NCBI GenBank assembly: GCA_051362555.1
Contig: CM120647.1
Location: forward strand, 3,596,001-3,660,000
Reading direction: 5' to 3'
Origin: Lingula anatina
Taxonomy: Eukaryota; Animalia; Brachiopoda
Length of the DNA stretch: 64,000 bases
The notes below the pieces were generated by a model. That model did not search any database. It was given only the letters and a program-made list of their open reading frames with translations, and had not been told where the DNA came from. Of this stretch, positions 13,486 through 25,084 are shown in pieces (position 1 is the first letter of the stretch; every line of letters begins with the position of its first letter). The translations under genes were made by a program, and so were the position numbers.

Positions 13486-16415
13486 TATATTTATATTGTT
13501 ATATAGTTGGCATAGAATAAGATCTTATATTTGGCGATTTGCGATGTGATAAAACTACATAATTACCTCCCTGACGTCATCAAAAACATAATCATGTTCA
13601 ATCCACATAAGAAACAATTTACTGACTGTAGAATTGTCGTTCACTCCCATATCTTATCTTAAAAATAGCCTCAACTACAAAACGCAAAAGGCAAAGCAGC
13701 AAGATATGGCAACTGATGTTCAAAGTTAATCTATTATTTCTTAAAACACAGAGTCACACCATCTGCGATATTTAACATGCTGATGTTCACACGCTGGTCA
13801 GCATAAACGTATTGATTCAGCTCACGTATCGCCAGTGTCTTTGCGTGTACTATTTCAGGATCTGCAACACTGTCTCCCAGTAAAACCTGTGAAACATTAT
13901 TGTATGTTATTAAGCTAATTAATCAACTCAAGAGTATTTGAAAAGCTTGGATAAAAAAGATGACAAGATGCAACATCCAGTCAAAACTAAAAGATTTCAA
14001 TGTGAGGAAAACACATTATTAAAACGAGTGACTTGAAAGGATTTTTCTTGAAATAGCAAAAGCTCTTTATTTCATTTTGCTGGTCAAGTTGTATTGCGTC
14101 CCAGCATTTTATGGATTTGACTAACCAAAAAAAAAAAAAAAAATCATACATACGTTATCGATAGCAATAATCCCACCAGACCGCACCAAGGTCATACAAA
14201 GTTTATAGTATTTCAGGTAGTTTTCTTTATCAGCATCAATGAAGGCAAAATCAAATGTTCCACTTTCTCCTGCATCCACCAACTTCTCTAAAATTAATAT
14301 TACAACTGCAAGTTCAAGTCTATTTGACAACCTTTAAAACTAAAAGTCAAATCAGGTCTCTATACCCATGAATTATCGCATTCAGTAATGTCTTTTTGTT
14401 GTAACTCCGAGTTACGTTGGGGATAAGTTTCGGTGAATCGTAAGTCGGGCAGTTCGCGTGTATACGTAAATGTTATGGATGCGTTACTGTATGTTTTGAA
14501 GTTCTTTTGTGAAATATTATGACCTACATGGAATAAAGTTTATAGAGATTTCAAATTCTATGATAAAAAATTGCGGCGAACTCGCAATATAGGCCTACCA
14601 CAAATTTAATCATCAACACGTTTTCGTAGGTATAATGCGAACCTTTAACTCGGATGTTCATAATAGCTGGATCTGGGTCATTCTCAACAAATCTGAAAAA
14701 TAGTACTTACAATTTTTTTCGTATTTTTACGCATTTCTTCTCAAACTTACGTAGAGTTTCCAGAGCTGGTGCAATCCTGAGGTCAATTTTGTGATCTATT
14801 CCTGCCTAGAACAAAAATAAGGTTGCAAGTTTTACTTCCTGAGCTAATCGTAAATAAAATGGAATTGATTGGACAATTGGGTGTGAATTAAACTGTGACA
14901 AAAATCTAAAACTGGTATCACGAGAATCACTAAACAAACAGAATATCAAACACTAAGATTTCTTAAAAGGCACATTTACTACGCGTTGTTAATGACTACA
15001 ACTCCTGAAATTCATTTAGATTTTCCTAAAACGTACGGGATAGAACATCTACCGCATTTTGAAAGCATTAAAAAAATTATGACAATCAAGTTTATCCCTC
15101 TTTCCTGTTTTTCAAATTTTGAGTGTTAATATTATAAAAGGCTCTTTCGTGTCTTTCCCCAAAACAGTAAAAAAAAACAGCAGACGCTATTTCCATTTTG
15201 CTCGTGCACGCAAATGTGTGTGTGTGGGTGTTTGTATGTGTCCGCGCATGGAATTGTTTGTTCAAGATTAGCATGCGGTCTACCCAACCTCTTTCCAAAA
15301 TGGTTTCCCTATTCTTGCGAATTCCTCACTGACATCACAGGCCACTACCTTTCCATCTTCAGGAAGTACTAGTGCTATAGCCTATGCACTATAACCTGTG
15401 AACACTCCTAAAAAAGAGAAAGAAACCTCATTCGCGATCGTTTCAATATGTTTTCTGGTGTTTTAAAATCCATATCTTTACGATTGCCAGAAATTCAAAA
15501 CAATGACCGTTATATACCCCAAAAGATAGATTAGATAATACAATTTAGTATCCAATGGTCAACCAAAGAAAGAAAATATTGAAAAATAAGGGAATTAAAA
15601 TTTACCAATGTCCAATGTTTTCCTTCCTTTTATTAGAGAAACTAAATTTTGCAAAAGTTGTAGTTCATCTGTGCTGCCCAGCATTATGCGACTTGGGTGT
15701 TTCATTGTTACCTAAAATAGATATGAATCAGAATTATACGTGGCACGAGCGAAGTCATTTGGGCATCATGATCAAATTTAATATTTAAATTCTGAAATGA
15801 AGAAAAAAAAAAGATAGAGATACCTGATTCTCACAATTTAAAAAAAAGAACATTTCAAAACGTGATTTACCCATGTTTAAAAGCAAAAATGAATTTCAGA
15901 AAGAGTGGTAAATGGTAAAGAAATTAGCATCTTTAAATAAAAAAAATAAAAAATTCCGCACCTCAATCAATTTCCGCTGTACTTGGAGAAGACGTAATGA
16001 ATTGTTTTCAATATATTTTATCACTTTATCTTTATGAAGATGGGACTTGCGTAAACTGACGAGACTTTCCACGATTATATCGGGTTGTAAAGACATGCGA
16101 CCTGAAAACGGAAAAGCGAATTTTCAGTCTTAAAGCATAAACAAGGGCCCCTTTTTAAGTTCCGATTTTGTATGTTTGTAACTTCCATATCAAATGAATT
16201 TATATTAATTGTAGGAAATCAAAGAAAAGTGTTTAGTAAAGCCAGAAGGTAAGCTCTGCGAAGTGCAATAGAGGTAAGAGAAGCTCCGCGTCGTCCTATG
16301 CCAATTATCCATATAAACTAACATTACTGCTGTGAGGCGTGTGTGTGTGTCCAAAACACGGGAAGATATCACGTCTATATGACATCGCACTTTTATACTA
16401 AATCAGAGAGGCAAC

Positions 16416-16694
16416 TGTAACATTATCTTCTTGTTTTTGGTAAATGTCATCAAAGTTCACAAGCTTCCATTAGTGGCATTCTTTGAATGACCCTTGGTCA
16501 CCTACAGATTACACTTGATGACAGTTCTCAGCCATTGTTAAAGTAAACAGGTGTTCCTCATACTTTTTAATGTACATGTATATACAAGCCTAGCACTTCA
16601 CAATAAACTTTCGTAGAAGTCAGACGCATTGTTGTTGTCTCTCTCCTGAATAGAGTCCGGCACGTTGGACTCAGTAAAGAGCCATCATATTACA
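16416..16694 (+). repeat. 5' LTR
   Basis: TGTAACAT...ATATTACA, contains AATAAA, identical to 21033-21311. Confidence 0.97.
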
Positions 16695-16709
16695 TGGTGT
16701 CAGAAGTGG
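16695..16709 (+). promoter_or_regulatory. Primer-binding site (tRNA-Leu type)
   Basis: TGGTGTCAGAAGTGG directly after the 5' LTR; this is the usual Mag-lineage PBS, complementary to the tRNA-Leu 3' end. Confidence 0.85.
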
Positions 16710-16770
16710 TTGCCAGACATAGGCAACAGTGACGATCCGTGGCAGTTTTAACATTGTGTTAACTGTTAGC

Positions 16771-19700
16771 ATGGAACTCACTGGTATCCCAACACCTTCC
16801 ATGGACTGGAGTGCGTCTAATCTTCCTGAACAGTGGAAAAAATTCCATAGTCTTGTGGAACTTATTTTTAATGGGCCACTAAAGGAAAAGGAAGAGAAAG
16901 TGAAGGTGACTTATCTCTTGTTATGGATAGGAGACAAGGGGAGAGAAATAAAGTCAACTTGGACAAATCTGGACGAACCAGACAAGCTGCAGTCATATTA
17001 TGACCGTTTTAAAGCCCATGTGCAGCCGAAACTGAATCCCATCTTCGCGCGGTTCAAGTTTAACAATGAAACTCAAGGTGCATCTACCGTTGAACAATTT
17101 ATTACTCGTTTGCGGACACTTGCTGTTGACTGTGCATACACAAATGCAGAAGAGATGATCCGAGACAGGATCGTATTTGGTACTTCATCAGAGAAAGTGA
17201 GGGAAAAACTCATAAATGAAGGTGACAAGCTGACACTCGACAAAGCCGTGCAGATAGCCCAGTCGTACGAGTATTCAATGGAACAACTCAAGACAATGGG
17301 AAAAGAGGTCAGCAGCATTAAGAAACAACCTCCACGTACAGGCAACTGGAGACATGTGAACAGACAGAAGAAACAGCAAAAGCAGGACAGACATGAGTGT
17401 GACAATTGTGGCTACCAGCATGCCAAGACTGATAGATGTCCGGCTAAGGGTAAACAGTGTAATAACTGTAAGAAATTCAATCACTTTGCTAAAAAATGTC
17501 GCAAAAGTATTGCTAAAAAACATGTTAATGAGTTGCAAGCTTTGCCAGATCAGCCCGATTCTGATTCTGATTCAGATTCACAATTTATTGTAGATAGTAT
17601 TGACACGTCAGAGGGTTTAGATCAAGCATTTTGCCGTGTAGAAATTGGTCCAGCAAAGATCAATGTTAAGTTTAAGATTGACACAGGTTCTCAAGTGAAT
17701 ATTTTACCCAAGCATGTGTTTGACTCAATTGGTCATGTAGACGACCTGAAACCTCCTAGTCAGAAGCTTACTGCTTATAATGGTCACTCACTAAAAAACT
17801 TAGGGTCTGCAAATTTCACTTGTCAGTATAAGAAAAAGTCCATTGGCCTTCTGTTTCACGTCGTTGATACAGAATCTTCACCGATACTTGGTTTGAAAGC
17901 ATGTATGGACTTGTGCCTGATTAAGTTAGTGTATGCTTGCGATGTAGATGCTGATGTGAAGCGAGAGCTGGTCGGAAAAAGAGATTCTAGTAAACCCAGC
18001 CAAAATCTGAACAAATCCGAGTTTGGTAAAGACCAAATATTGCATGAATACAAAGACGTATTCGAGGGTATAGGATTGTTCCCAGGTGAATGTGTAATTC
18101 ACACTGATCCCGATGTAATTCCTGTTGTTCACCCCCCTCGCAAAGTGCCGCATGCACTTCATGAAAAGCTCAAAAATGAACTTGAGCGTATGGAGAAGCT
18201 TGACGTGATTTGTAAAGTCACAGAGCCCACAGAATGGGTAAATTCTCTAGTGATTGTTGAGAAGCCTGAATCAAGCTCAGGTAAGGTACGTGTGTGCCTG
18301 GATCCCAAAGACCTAAATAGAGCTATTTTGAGACCCCATTACCCCCCTAGAACATTAGAAGAAGTATTACCCCAGTTAGCAGGTGCTCAATACTTCAGTA
18401 AGTTGGATGCCAGGTCAGGGTATTGGACAATTAAACTATCCACAGAATCCTCATACCTTACGACGTTTAATACGCCATTTGGTAGATACAGATATCTGCG
18501 ACTGCCTTTTGGTTTGAGATCGTCGCAGGATGAGTTTCAGAGAAGGGTAGACGAAAATTTTGAGGGTCTAAACGGTGTAATAGCCTTAGTAGATGACATC
18601 ATAGTGTTTGGAAAAAACAGAGAACAGCATGACCGAAATCTGTGTAATGTTTTACAAAGGTCACGTGAGTGTGGGATCAAACTCAACAGAGAAAAAATGG
18701 AAATCGGCGTGACTAAAGTAAAATATTTTGGTCACATTATCACATCAAAAGGCTTAGAGCCTGACCCGGAAAAGGTCAAAGCAATTAGGGAGATGAAAGC
18801 CCCGACTAATAAGAAAGAGTTAGAGACTTTTCTGGGTATGGTGACATACCTAGCTAAATTTGCTCCCAACCTTTCAGAGATTACCAGCCCCCTTCGCAAG
18901 TTACTTGCAAAAGACATGATTTTTCATTGGATCGATGAGCATGAGAAAGCTCTGAATGAAGTAAAAGAGGTAATCACAGCGGCCCCAAGTCCTACGTTAA
19001 CGTATTTTGACCCCAGCCAGGTCACTACCTTACAGACTGATGCCTCTAAGTATGGTTTAGGTGCTGCACTGTTGCAGGATGGAAAACCCATAGCTTATGC
19101 ATCCAAAGCTCTCAATACATCAGAAATCAACTATGCCCAAATAGAAAAAGAAATGTTTGGGATAGTTTTTGGGTGTAAGAGATTTCACCAATACGTTTAT
19201 GGCCGTAAAGTAGTAGTGGAGACAGACCACAAACCTTTAATTCCTATATTCAAGAAGCCCTTGAATACAGCCCCTCCACGCTTGCAGAGAATGCTGTTAC
19301 AATTACAGCGATACGATCTGGAGGTAATTTACAAACCAGGTACACAGATACCACTTGCAGACACATTGTCTCGCAATTTTGTAAAAGACACCTACCCAGA
19401 GCTCGCTAAAGGAATGGATGCACACGTACATGCAGTGCTCTCAAAAATTCCTATTAGTGATAGAAAGTTAGACGAAATTCGTCAAGAAACTGAACAAACT
19501 GAACAGTTTCAGACTTTGCGCAAAACCGTTTTAAATGGTTGGCCTGTTAAAAGGAGTGATTGCCCCTCTGAGATTATAGAATTTTGGAATCACAGAGACG
19601 AATTGTCTTACATTGATGGCCTACTGCTCAAAGGTCAAAAGGTTATCGTACCCCAGAAACTAAGGGTGAAAATGCTGCATTCTATACACACAGGTCACAA

Positions 19701-20814
19701 AGGAATAGAGAAATGCCAAAAACGAGCCAGATCAGCAATTTTTTGGCCAGGCATGTCAGGTGACATTAATGATTTTGTTTCCAAGTGCCCCATTTGTCTC
19801 ATGCAGAGAAATAACAACCCTAAACAACCTTTGCAGCCACACCCCATCCCTGATTACCCCTGGCAAACAGTTGCCACTGACTTGTTTACATGGGATGGAA
19901 AGGATTTTATAGTTGTAGTTGATTATTACAGTCGATACTTTGAGGTAGCTCAACTTACCTCTACTCAAAGTTATCAAGTAATCAGCAAGTTAAAGGTTAT
20001 ATTTGCTAGATTTGGAATCCCAGAAACTGTCATTTCAGACAATGGTCCTCAGTACGCCTCTCAGGAGTTCACTGATTTCTCTAAGCAATATGATTTCAAA
20101 CATGTGACCTCCAGCCCCAATTACCCTCAGTCCAACGGACTAGCTGAGAAATATGTCCAAATTGTAAAGAGACTGTTTGAAAAGTCAAAGTCTGATAAAT
20201 CTGACCCTAATTTGGCCTTATTGGAATACAGGGTGTCCCCCCTTGACATCGGATACTCCCCAGCGCAGTTATTACAAGGACGGCAGTTGCGTTCTGTTTT
20301 ACCTGCCACCAATCAACAGTTGTGTCCCCAGTTCATTGATCCTGGAAAGGTCAAACATAAGATAGATTCAAGTCGTCAAAAGCAGAAGAAATTTTATGAC
20401 CATGGTTCCCGACCCCTTCCCCCTATAACTGTAGGTGAGTCAGTCAGATTTCAGCGAAATGACAAGTTATGGAAACTTGCCGATGTCATTGATAAGGTGA
20501 ATGAAAATTCATTTGTTTTACAAGCTCCTAATGGTGGTATATATCGACGTAACAGGCGTCATATTCTCAAAACAAAAGAGCCCAATGTTCCTCATGACAC
20601 TGACCCTCAAGTGCCTATTTGCACTGAGAATCTGGTTAATAAATCCAGTGATCTTAAAATTCTAGCAGATCACCCAAAGCCTGCTGTAAATGCCCCAGTT
20701 AAGTCCCCAGTTAAAGTCAAATCAACCCCTCAGAAAGATGAATGTCATTCGCCCCAGCCCTATGTAACACGAGCTGGCAGAGTTTGCAAACAAAAAATTA
20801 TAGAATCTATGTAA
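16771..20814 (+). CDS. Gag-Pol polyprotein (Gag with two CCHC knuckles, aspartic protease, RT, RNase H, integrase)
   Basis: Uninterrupted ORF, 1347 aa from the first ATG. CDNCGYQH..C and CNNCKKFNHFAKKC knuckles, KIDTGS protease, RT motifs KLDARSGYW / RLPFGL / LVDD, RNase H TDASKYGLGA / ETDHKPL, integrase HTGHKG..CPIC and D..SDNGPQY..E. Confidence 0.96.
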   Translation: MELTGIPTPSMDWSASNLPEQWKKFHSLVELIFNGPLKEKEEKVKVTYLLLWIGDKGREIKSTWTNLDEPDKLQSYYDRFKAHVQPKLNPIFARFKFNNETQGASTVEQFITRLRTLAVDCAYTNAEEMIRDRIVFGTSSEKVREKLINEGDKLTLDKAVQIAQSYEYSMEQLKTMGKEVSSIKKQPPRTGNWRHVNRQKKQQKQDRHECDNCGYQHAKTDRCPAKGKQCNNCKKFNHFAKKCRKSIAKKHVNELQALPDQPDSDSDSDSQFIVDSIDTSEGLDQAFCRVEIGPAKINVKFKIDTGSQVNILPKHVFDSIGHVDDLKPPSQKLTAYNGHSLKNLGSANFTCQYKKKSIGLLFHVVDTESSPILGLKACMDLCLIKLVYACDVDADVKRELVGKRDSSKPSQNLNKSEFGKDQILHEYKDVFEGIGLFPGECVIHTDPDVIPVVHPPRKVPHALHEKLKNELERMEKLDVICKVTEPTEWVNSLVIVEKPESSSGKVRVCLDPKDLNRAILRPHYPPRTLEEVLPQLAGAQYFSKLDARSGYWTIKLSTESSYLTTFNTPFGRYRYLRLPFGLRSSQDEFQRRVDENFEGLNGVIALVDDIIVFGKNREQHDRNLCNVLQRSRECGIKLNREKMEIGVTKVKYFGHIITSKGLEPDPEKVKAIREMKAPTNKKELETFLGMVTYLAKFAPNLSEITSPLRKLLAKDMIFHWIDEHEKALNEVKEVITAAPSPTLTYFDPSQVTTLQTDASKYGLGAALLQDGKPIAYASKALNTSEINYAQIEKEMFGIVFGCKRFHQYVYGRKVVVETDHKPLIPIFKKPLNTAPPRLQRMLLQLQRYDLEVIYKPGTQIPLADTLSRNFVKDTYPELAKGMDAHVHAVLSKIPISDRKLDEIRQETEQTEQFQTLRKTVLNGWPVKRSDCPSEIIEFWNHRDELSYIDGLLLKGQKVIVPQKLRVKMLHSIHTGHKGIEKCQKRARSAIFWPGMSGDINDFVSKCPICLMQRNNNPKQPLQPHPIPDYPWQTVATDLFTWDGKDFIVVVDYYSRYFEVAQLTSTQSYQVISKLKVIFARFGIPETVISDNGPQYASQEFTDFSKQYDFKHVTSSPNYPQSNGLAEKYVQIVKRLFEKSKSDKSDPNLALLEYRVSPLDIGYSPAQLLQGRQLRSVLPATNQQLCPQFIDPGKVKHKIDSSRQKQKKFYDHGSRPLPPITVGESVRFQRNDKLWKLADVIDKVNENSFVLQAPNGGIYRRNRRHILKTKEPNVPHDTDPQVPICTENLVNKSSDLKILADHPKPAVNAPVKSPVKVKSTPQKDECHSPQPYVTRAGRVCKQKIIESM

Positions 20815-21019
20815 TTTTTGCAAAGTGATATAAAAGACTTTAGAGGAAATTACCCTTGGACAAAAGGATATGAACTTAACTTTATCAAGAATTTTTTCAA
20901 TGACAGTATATGTTCACTATTGGATACACATATCTGACAGGCAGGACTAACAAGCACATATTGCCAGTGCAGGGATATTTCACCAAGACTATGACTGTTA
21001 ACACCCAGGACATTTGATT

Positions 21020-21032
21020 GAAGAAAGGGAGA
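21020..21032 (+). promoter_or_regulatory. Polypurine tract
   Basis: GAAGAAAGGGAGA directly before the 3' LTR. Confidence 0.9.
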
Positions 21033-21311
21033 TGTAACATTATCTTCTTGTTTTTGGTAAATGTCATCAAAGTTCACAAGCTTCCATTAGTGGCATTCTT
21101 TGAATGACCCTTGGTCACCTACAGATTACACTTGATGACAGTTCTCAGCCATTGTTAAAGTAAACAGGTGTTCCTCATACTTTTTAATGTACATGTATAT
21201 ACAAGCCTAGCACTTCACAATAAACTTTCGTAGAAGTCAGACGCATTGTTGTTGTCTCTCTCCTGAATAGAGTCCGGCACGTTGGACTCAGTAAAGAGCC
21301 ATCATATTACA
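21033..21311 (+). repeat. 3' LTR
   Basis: Identical to the 5' LTR and followed by the TSD GCAAC. Confidence 0.97.
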
Positions 21312-22414
21312 GCAACCAAAAACTTCATTTTTTTTTTTTTTTTGTCATCTGACCTAGTCATTTATATATTCCTATCGCGGGTTTGTGTGATTTGTACGTG
21401 ATTCTCCTTGTGTAAAACAAAATTATTCATGTTAAAATACCTCTCCAGTATCCCACTGCTAGACTCAAGCCGATGGCACAAGCAGCACCAGCATACATGA
21501 GCCATTTGGAGTAGTCAGACATCCTGGAATAAGAGGTGCAACCAACAGTTCACTTTTTAAAAATAATGAACGAATAAGCAAATAAATCAACTAAGTGCCA
21601 TGTAAATAAATATATGGAACTACCCCATTTAGAGCACATTGGTTGTCAAGTGTGTGTGTGTGTGTGGGGGGGGGGTCGATACTTTAGGATTTTTTCCTCT
21701 ACCATTCAGATAATGCGCAAATACATGAGATAATATGCTGTTACTCATACAAGCTAATGACGTTACGCCGTTACGCCAGTGTTTTTAGAAGTGAAACTGT
21801 AATATATCTCCATCAACAGAGCAGGCATCAGCACCTTTATCGCTCATTTCATCACAATATAGAGTACTACAAGTCGGTGCCTGGGAATTTTCTTGACAGT
21901 CACCGACGGAAAAATGTTTCTTAAGTTTAATTTTTTTGCTCATTATGTTAACTGTGCCGTTTACTGACTGCAGGAATTATGATACCATTTAGATCTTTCA
22001 CGTGTAACACTCGCTTCATTGGAACATGGAAGTATATCTAGATATATTTTATTTCTTGCAATTTATCCTTCCATACCGCGGTACTAGATGATGGGGACAG
22101 GTCATGAAGGTTTAAAAATAAATTTGTGTCTATATATATATATACCTCCTGAGGTGACTCTGCCCACTTAGTTTTAGATCTTTGTTAAAAGTGATCATGA
22201 CTGCATGTTGAGAACTTGTCTGTCTAAGCCACGGGTACGATCTAACAAGTGTTCAAGTACCGCATTTAAAGCTTGCCGCTGTTCTGTCAATGTATCTTTC
22301 ACGTTAACATGATTGCAAACAAATATTTGAACAATTTAAAATGACGCATCCTTCAGCGCAAAGAAAATAGTTTATTTCCAGTATATACTTATCCATGGAG
22401 CAGTTCATATTAGC

Positions 22415-22592
22415 GTGGGGTTAGGGGCCTGTTGAAGGGCCCCGAAAAGTTTGGGTACTTAAGAGGGCGAACGGTGCCATTTGGTACGGTTTACACCTAT
22501 GATTAAGCTAGCCAAATTCTTATTTCAAGAGTGGACCAGAAATCGAAAAGGGGGGAGGGTAAGGACCCCACCGACCCCTCTAAATCCGCTGA
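22415..22592 (+). mobile_element. Truncated copy of the MITE family seen at 57582-57882
   Basis: Shares GGGGCCTG..AAGGGC.CCGAAAA, AACGGTGCC.TTTGGT and CCCCTCTAAATCCGC with the 57.6-kb copy. Confidence 0.55.
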
Positions 22593-25054
22593 CTTTATAT
22601 CCGACTTTATATCCCGTCACACAAAAAAGTTACAGTATACGTTTAATTCGAAATGCCCTTTTTGTGACTTCTAGTATATAATTATATTATAACAATTTGA
22701 AACGGCGTCCTGAGTTTTTAAAGAGAAAGGTAGATAGATGCCGTTGACATAAAAGCTGACACTGCACTTCGGAAATATTAATCCATTTTAATTAAAATTT
22801 TAATACAATTTGAAAGGATCTTTTGTGTTTGGTAAGTGAAGGTTTGATTGATTTACCTCGCTTCCATCAGTTTTATCATTTCAAAGAGATGACGTTTTGT
22901 AAAATTGATGTTTGCTGTTGTCAGTTATATGGAAGTTTTATGCACTATCACTAGTGCAAATTGCCACCCAGTCGGCTTGGATACATTGAAAACGGACACA
23001 CACACAACTCATTCGTACATATAGATATCAGACATAGAAAGGATAGAAAAAATTCCTAACATAAAATTTTAATTTCTTATAAACCAGCCACCCCAATTGA
23101 ACAAACTTGCACTATATACAAGAGGGAGACGGGAGGAAGAATTTGGTGGTACATGTAGGCCTACATCTGAAGGCCCCCCCCCCCCCCATCACCACCACCA
23201 CGACAAACACACACATTCTCGATCAGCCAGTTTAAACATGGATATAAAAATGACGTTTTACGTTTACCTGTATCAACCTCTCAGCGTGATCGTCGATCTA
23301 GTTCACCGGTTACCCGCTGAAGTGAAAACCCCCAACAAGTTTGAGATCTATTACTTCAAACTGAATACCTTCCTCAAGATGTCTTGCTTGGCTGTGCGCT
23401 TCCCGTGAAAGCCACAAACAAGCTAGCAAATGTCCAAGTAACGTATACAGGTTAATGCTTGTATGAGAATGTCTTTCAAATTAATGTGATGACAGACAAA
23501 TATCATGTACCAGTATATCATTGGGCCTTGCAAATGCAAAATGAGGCATTACCAAGCAATTTTTGTCCCTGTTCCCTGTATATTATTATAAAATTGCCGT
23601 CGTCATCTGCTATATATTTTTATCCATGTTTTGTCCTAATTTATCATTTTTATTTATTCTATATTTTGAAAGATTCCAACATTTCATAGACGTGCTAGAA
23701 GCTTTTAAAATAAACAGGAGGCACTTATTTTGAATGGGCGGTAGGTTTAGTTGGTATACCGTTCCAAACGTATTTAGTAAGAAAAGAAAAATGAAAGGTA
23801 CTAGACAAAAGATGAATAACGCGAAATTTTCTTTCCTTTAGATAACTGTGCATGTGGTTGTGGTTGAAACAGATACAGTGTGAGCACTAGAAAGGGGACG
23901 ATTCGTACCGACATCTAAGATATTTCAAAAGGGCATATTAGTGACATTAACGCAAGCCTAATGTTAGTCGTAAATCAACCACCTAGGTTCCTAAAGCCTA
24001 TCATAAACGTTGTTATATTACCAGATGAGAATATGAAAATAAATGAAATTTCTAGAAAATAAATATTAAACATAACAAATTATTTGTTAATAAATATGAT
24101 TGATGATTATTTTTCTATTATATTTAATACTTAAACCATTAAATATATTAACTAAATTTACCAAAATTTGAAAAAAAAAGCATTTGAAGTCGGGGAAAAA
24201 AGGCATAATGTTTCTTGTAGCCACGCGCGTCACTTGAAACCCCTCACCACGACCTACGCAAATTTCTCATATCATGAACGCGTAGCGTTAACTAACATTG
24301 AAGAACGTACAGCTGAGCTTGTAGTATTTTGCGGCTGCCCCTATTATGCTGGTGCTGATAAGTTAACGTGTTTATTTTTATTTCATTTTACCTGTTCTTA
24401 TATTTTCTCTATTATTTTTAATGAATAAAAGTTTAGATAATCAATCATTTAGGACAACATCCAAGACGTTACCTGAATTGTGAGGAACTAGACTGAATGT
24501 TTATGATAAAAATAGAAAAGAAAGAGGAAAAAATGCACCACCGCACCATTTTCTTCTCTCTTTTTTTCTGACAAGAAACACAACACTTTTTAGACCTTAT
24601 AATCTGATCGTTTATTAAATTCCTTTAAAAGTCTCTATACGATTTCGATCTTCTTTCATTATGGAAGATTAGTGTATTATTTTAAAGTCGCTCTCTGTGG
24701 TTTTTAGACTCAGTGCTGTGGTTTTATTATTTAAATGATATGCTAAAAATTAAAACTAGGGAGATAAAATAATTTTAACCGTTGGTTTCTATAATAGAAT
24801 TGATAAACAGGCGTGTCCGCCATATATCCCCAAATGTAATTAAGTTAATTTCTAAGATAATGTTAGTTGATTTGAACAAGAAACATTATCTCTTGAACCG
24901 CATTGTTTTGAAGTAGTACAAACTTCTCCCATTGCTACTGGAGACCGGGAGATTGTAGCAGGCGAACGATTTTCACTGCGAGGCTGTATGACGGAGAGTG
25001 GGTCGTGGGTGGAGCAGGCTAATTGCGAATTTAGTAATGCCCTTTTACTAAACC

Positions 25055-25084
25055 CTTGGACATAATAACGTTATTATGTCCAAG
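25055..25084. mobile_element. 30-bp perfect palindrome with 7-bp TSD (minimal TIR-only element)
   Basis: CTTGGACATAATAACGTTATTATGTCCAAG, flanked on both sides by CTAAACC (25048-25054 / 25085-25091). Confidence 0.8.

Larger units (their letters stand above)
16416..21311 (+). mobile_element. Full-length Ty3/Gypsy LTR retrotransposon (Mag lineage), very recent insertion
   Basis: 279-bp LTRs at 16416-16694 and 21033-21311 (TG...CA, identical by eye). GCAAC 5-bp TSD (16411-16415 / 21312-21316), PBS, PPT and a single intact gag-pol ORF. Confidence 0.97.
13734..21522 (-). pseudogene. COMTD1: COMTD1/caffeoyl-CoA-O-methyltransferase-like gene (Methyltransf_3) with one in-frame stop; coding exons 21441-21522, 15962-16101, 15606-15711, 15289-15407, 14751-14805, 14154-14287, 13734-13886
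   Basis: Seven exons with canonical GT/AG and matching phases splice to 789 nt (262 codons plus stop). N-terminal hydrophobic anchor MSDYSKWLMYAGAACAIGLSLAVGYWRG, SAM motif KTLDIGVFTGYSA*AIAL, then VVACDVS, IDLRIAPALETL, FDFAFIDADK, GGIIAIDNVL and IADGVTLCFKK. TAG at 15382-15384 falls where Leu is expected. Confidence 0.88.

Noticed and set aside
16729-16770. GTG-initiated N-terminal extension of gag-pol in the ORF track
   Set aside because: In a eukaryotic element the first ATG (16771, MELTGIPTPSMDW) matches typical Mag Gag starts.
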